From IMG/VR virus record IMGVR_UViG_2778260992_000008, positions 1-56,203 of that record: a stretch of 56,203 nt of DNA, one strand, 5' to 3'. Positions 54,301-56,203 of the stretch are shown one piece after another. The notes beneath the pieces are model-generated. The model saw nothing but the letters and a program-made list of their open reading frames with translations. It made no database searches and was not told the origin of the DNA. Each line of letters begins with the position of its first letter. Position 1 is the first letter of the stretch. The translations under genes were made by a program, and so were the position numbers. This DNA is from a virus (Duplodnaviria > Heunggongvirae > Uroviricota > Caudoviricetes).

Positions 54301-56203
54301 TGATATGGGTCAAGGTTGTTTCGGTCATTATTGCGCTTACGCTTCCAACGAAGTAGCTATCCTTTGTGTGCGCGGTACTGACAAAGGCCAATATCCACAC
54401 AATGCAATCTATGTTCGCGGTGACGCTTTCCCTATTCGTCTTGCCGCCACGGTTGGCTGCACTGTAACAATACCTACAGCAGACTGGAAACCTTCAACCG
54501 CAAGCGATAGCCCGACTTATAAATGGGGTATCACTGATTCCGCCGATGGCCTTGATCTCGATACCTATGGTATCGCGGGTAACTTGCTTGATTTCACGCA
54601 TGGTAAAAGCGGTTTTTATTCTGACAAGCAATTCCGTCATGCTAATGGCGATGGCTATCTTTATAACCACATGACGGTTGGCGCTCTCAATATAACATCC
54701 ACGGAAGCGTTTAACTTCCGTGGCACGTCTAACTTTTACGGGACCGTTAATTGTGGTTATGGCTATTATTCTGTAAGCGATGATGTAACGAAATGCGCAT
54801 ACTATTCACGCCTGATTGACTCATCAGGGAACATTCTCGGACAAGGTGAATTCCGCGTAGGAGAATACGCCGCGCAAATTGTTGTACGCGATCTCACAGA
54901 TACCGCCGCGCATAAATTCTTTAACTTCAACAAAGACGGCACATTCCATGCGCCTAACGGTTGCGTTACCCACACTGGCGCGGACTGGAGCGGGCACACA
55001 TCCGATAACATAAACAAATTTAAGCCTATTGCTGGCAGCACTAACGGGCCATCAGATCCGACCGTTTTTGGTGGTTTCCATGTTAGTTTCAGCGGTAACT
55101 ATGCTACCCAATTTGCTGGGCGTTTATCCCAATTTTGGGCCAGAAGCATTGAAGCGGGAGTAGATCAAGGCTGGAAACGCTTATTGACTACAGATGACTT
55201 AAGCGCATCCACTGATTTAACAGTCAACAGCCTGACCACTACAACAGCCGTTAGATCTGGTGGTGGCGATCTGCATATTCTCGGTGATACCGCATACCGT
55301 GAAGCGATGAATTGCGGCCTTACTGGTTATGACTCCACCGGACAGAATATGAGCTGGTATCTCGGCACATATAAGAGCCAGGAATATAAAGTTTACTTCG
55401 AAGACTATTTAGGTTCCGAAGGTATCGAGCTTAACGGTGATAATGGTTCCGTTAAATTGTACACTGGCGGCCTGGCGACAGGAACACCAGCAGAGCTTAC
55501 GCTTTATGATAACCAGTGTTTATCAACTGTAAACTATACCATCAAACCCGCTTCGTCCTCATGGGATAGATATTTCACAATGGAAAATAGCGGCACAGCT
55601 TACCATAACGGCACTTATCAATTTTGGGGTAATGCTGTTTATGATGGTAGTAACATTACAGGTGATCGCTATAGTGTCTTTGAATGGAAGTTAGACACTG
55701 GTTATTTAGCCTATTTGGAACGTTCAGCCGATGGTTCTCAGAAGCTACAGGTTAACGGCGGCATACATTGCACAGCAGTTACTCAGTCCTCCGACCGTGA
55801 TTTGAAGGACAATATCGAGGTTATACCGGACGCCACCGCCGCGATCCGCAAGATGAACGGCTATACCTACACTCTGAAAGAAAACGGCCTACCTTACGCC
55901 GGGATTATCGCACAGGAAGCAATGGAGGCCATCCCGGAAGCGGTAGGATCTTTCATGTGGGAAGGTGAAGAACTGGAAGGCCCGACACAGGACGGTCGCG
56001 AACTACGCGAAACGGCACGTTACCTCAATGTTGACTATGCCGCCGTGACTGGTTTACTTGTTCAGGTGGCACGCGAAACAGATGATCGCGTTACCGCGCT
56101 GGAAGAAGAAAACGCCAGCTTACGCGCGAACATTGCTGTTATGGATGAACGCATCACAAAACTTGAAGCACTGGTCCAGCAGTTGACCGGAAGCGAAGAA
56201 TAA
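51356..56203 (+). CDS. side tail fibre protein with C-terminal intramolecular chaperone (S74-like) domain
   Basis: 1615 aa; Ala/Thr-rich repeats ~51700-52300; duplicated ~150-aa domain; C-terminal SSDRDLKDNIEVIPDATAAIRKMNGYTYTL; stop at window end. Confidence 0.75.
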   Translation: MIYTIGNIAVSGNTLTGTGTNFKAPLSMIRVGCTVIVKSDPIQIFSITEIVSETELSVTPAASPDIPAGTAYSILLCDSISVDGLAQDVAEALRYFTGQESEIYAAVEYWKNYGDAAQVEALLTAIQAETAQSTANAAATAADVETTAAALNEAVAAKDAAEAAAANAEQQAATATTQATTATEQATAAAEAAAEAKDHRGTAYIWMNEAISQATTATEQATIATEKATAATDAATAAQEALTLTQEARDTATQQATIATEQATIATDAANAAETSAANVAADEQEIAANAAAAAEAATAAALSEANAKTYAEQAKALSEDSLSLIGLGADRRDWPDCTTDPSAYIGFVRLEEATATGFPSIASGEVYLVGWLARGDGLFINGCFVGTNTRSLYTYMYNNADGTYGWTRHARKDEVSRFVQRGGESEVYSGDGRKYFFINNMDGTYHWGAYDTSTGQTVPLQVSCGGTGGRNAGQARTSLQVMYEQKTDLGDTDLNTLTGEYSGFYRQKTNAKATTEHNYPCNYAGALVVLGNSANSDSGCTQIYYPYNYSDLYYTRWCNGSDLNWSDWCEHRGYWTILNNIGLGASPRHCNDLTGDPFSYIGFLRLTPAGTTGYPDVATEAGEGALSGYICRNDGEPSYSGLFVGATTGAAYTYRYSLGGGVQWQRIPRANDLSRFVQNDSTTRMYGPTGDRFFEIHTNGNWGVYSTADSAWIPLGIAQGGTGATDAATARTNLGLGTTNDVQHQNLTLTRTSDGTDGWVAGGMTKSKLLGTDGTVRAEGWMYAECNASSPTQMTFAIHSATEGYKYLSFNTKGQILAETAIFRSTYVNPLVIESTTPTVSFNETDRPDGAPYYNFIADGGNWRIQKNGDGYDGEYVISYDYKLNEIQVPNLLATAIQKPLNLDQTKTNLQIPYTGVSHWTDYNAPEGAEATKYYPVIISQPSYFNGDFFVEVAMRTRSIQGAEEPNCNAIHLWMRDGGWSDMGQGCFGHYCAYASNEVAILCVRGTDKGQYPHNAIYVRGDAFPIRLAATVGCTVTIPTADWKPSTASDSPTYKWGITDSADGLDLDTYGIAGNLLDFTHGKSGFYSDKQFRHANGDGYLYNHMTVGALNITSTEAFNFRGTSNFYGTVNCGYGYYSVSDDVTKCAYYSRLIDSSGNILGQGEFRVGEYAAQIVVRDLTDTAAHKFFNFNKDGTFHAPNGCVTHTGADWSGHTSDNINKFKPIAGSTNGPSDPTVFGGFHVSFSGNYATQFAGRLSQFWARSIEAGVDQGWKRLLTTDDLSASTDLTVNSLTTTTAVRSGGGDLHILGDTAYREAMNCGLTGYDSTGQNMSWYLGTYKSQEYKVYFEDYLGSEGIELNGDNGSVKLYTGGLATGTPAELTLYDNQCLSTVNYTIKPASSSWDRYFTMENSGTAYHNGTYQFWGNAVYDGSNITGDRYSVFEWKLDTGYLAYLERSADGSQKLQVNGGIHCTAVTQSSDRDLKDNIEVIPDATAAIRKMNGYTYTLKENGLPYAGIIAQEAMEAIPEAVGSFMWEGEELEGPTQDGRELRETARYLNVDYAAVTGLLVQVARETDDRVTALEEENASLRANIAVMDERITKLEALVQQLTGSEE

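Noticed and set aside
1-56203. tRNA, rRNA or tmRNA genes, and an attachment site or integrase
   Set aside because: No cloverleaf-like or rRNA-like segments noticed by eye and no integrase ORF in the window; the integrase probably lies beyond the left end. A tRNA scan was not run.

Overview
This 56.2-kb window is a segment of a temperate, lambdoid-mosaic siphovirus (prophage or phage genome), probably from an enterobacterial-type host. All calls come from reading the sequence and the six-frame track; no database search or RNA folding was run, so family names are motif-based inferences. Layout: (1) minus-strand early/replication arm, 1-7668: AlpA/Xis-like protein, NinB, DnaB-family helicase, an HTH-metallophosphoesterase fusion, a triple zinc-ribbon/T5orf172-like gene, and a replication organiser with internal iteron-like repeats. 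(2) Divergent plus-strand arm from 7976: cI-like S24 repressor with its own terminator, a sigma70-like promoter, Erf, SSB, many small ORFs, a DNA-modification cluster (frame-disrupted Dam-type methyltransferase, YhhQ-like membrane protein, atypical C5-methyltransferase-like protein), NinF/NinG, an HNH-AP2 endonuclease, RusA, and about 25 tiny tandem genes. (3) Lysis cassette (holin, SAR endolysin, nested spanins), then an array of seven mini-ORFs encoding single-helix peptides. (4) Terminase, portal, MuF-like, scaffold and capsid genes, then lambda-like tail genes (major tail, tape measure, M, L, K, I, J), a Cor-like lipoprotein and a 1615-aa side tail fibre. The strongest candidates for an undescribed system are three minus-strand accessory cassettes embedded in the plus-strand tail module (37617-38228, 41269-42126, 42966-43975), each with its own promoter or terminator signals. 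A 9-mer, ACAAAATGG/CCATTTTGT, recurs in intergenic regions far above chance, and the late region is cut into separate transcription units by hairpin terminators. No tRNA, rRNA or CRISPR array was seen.
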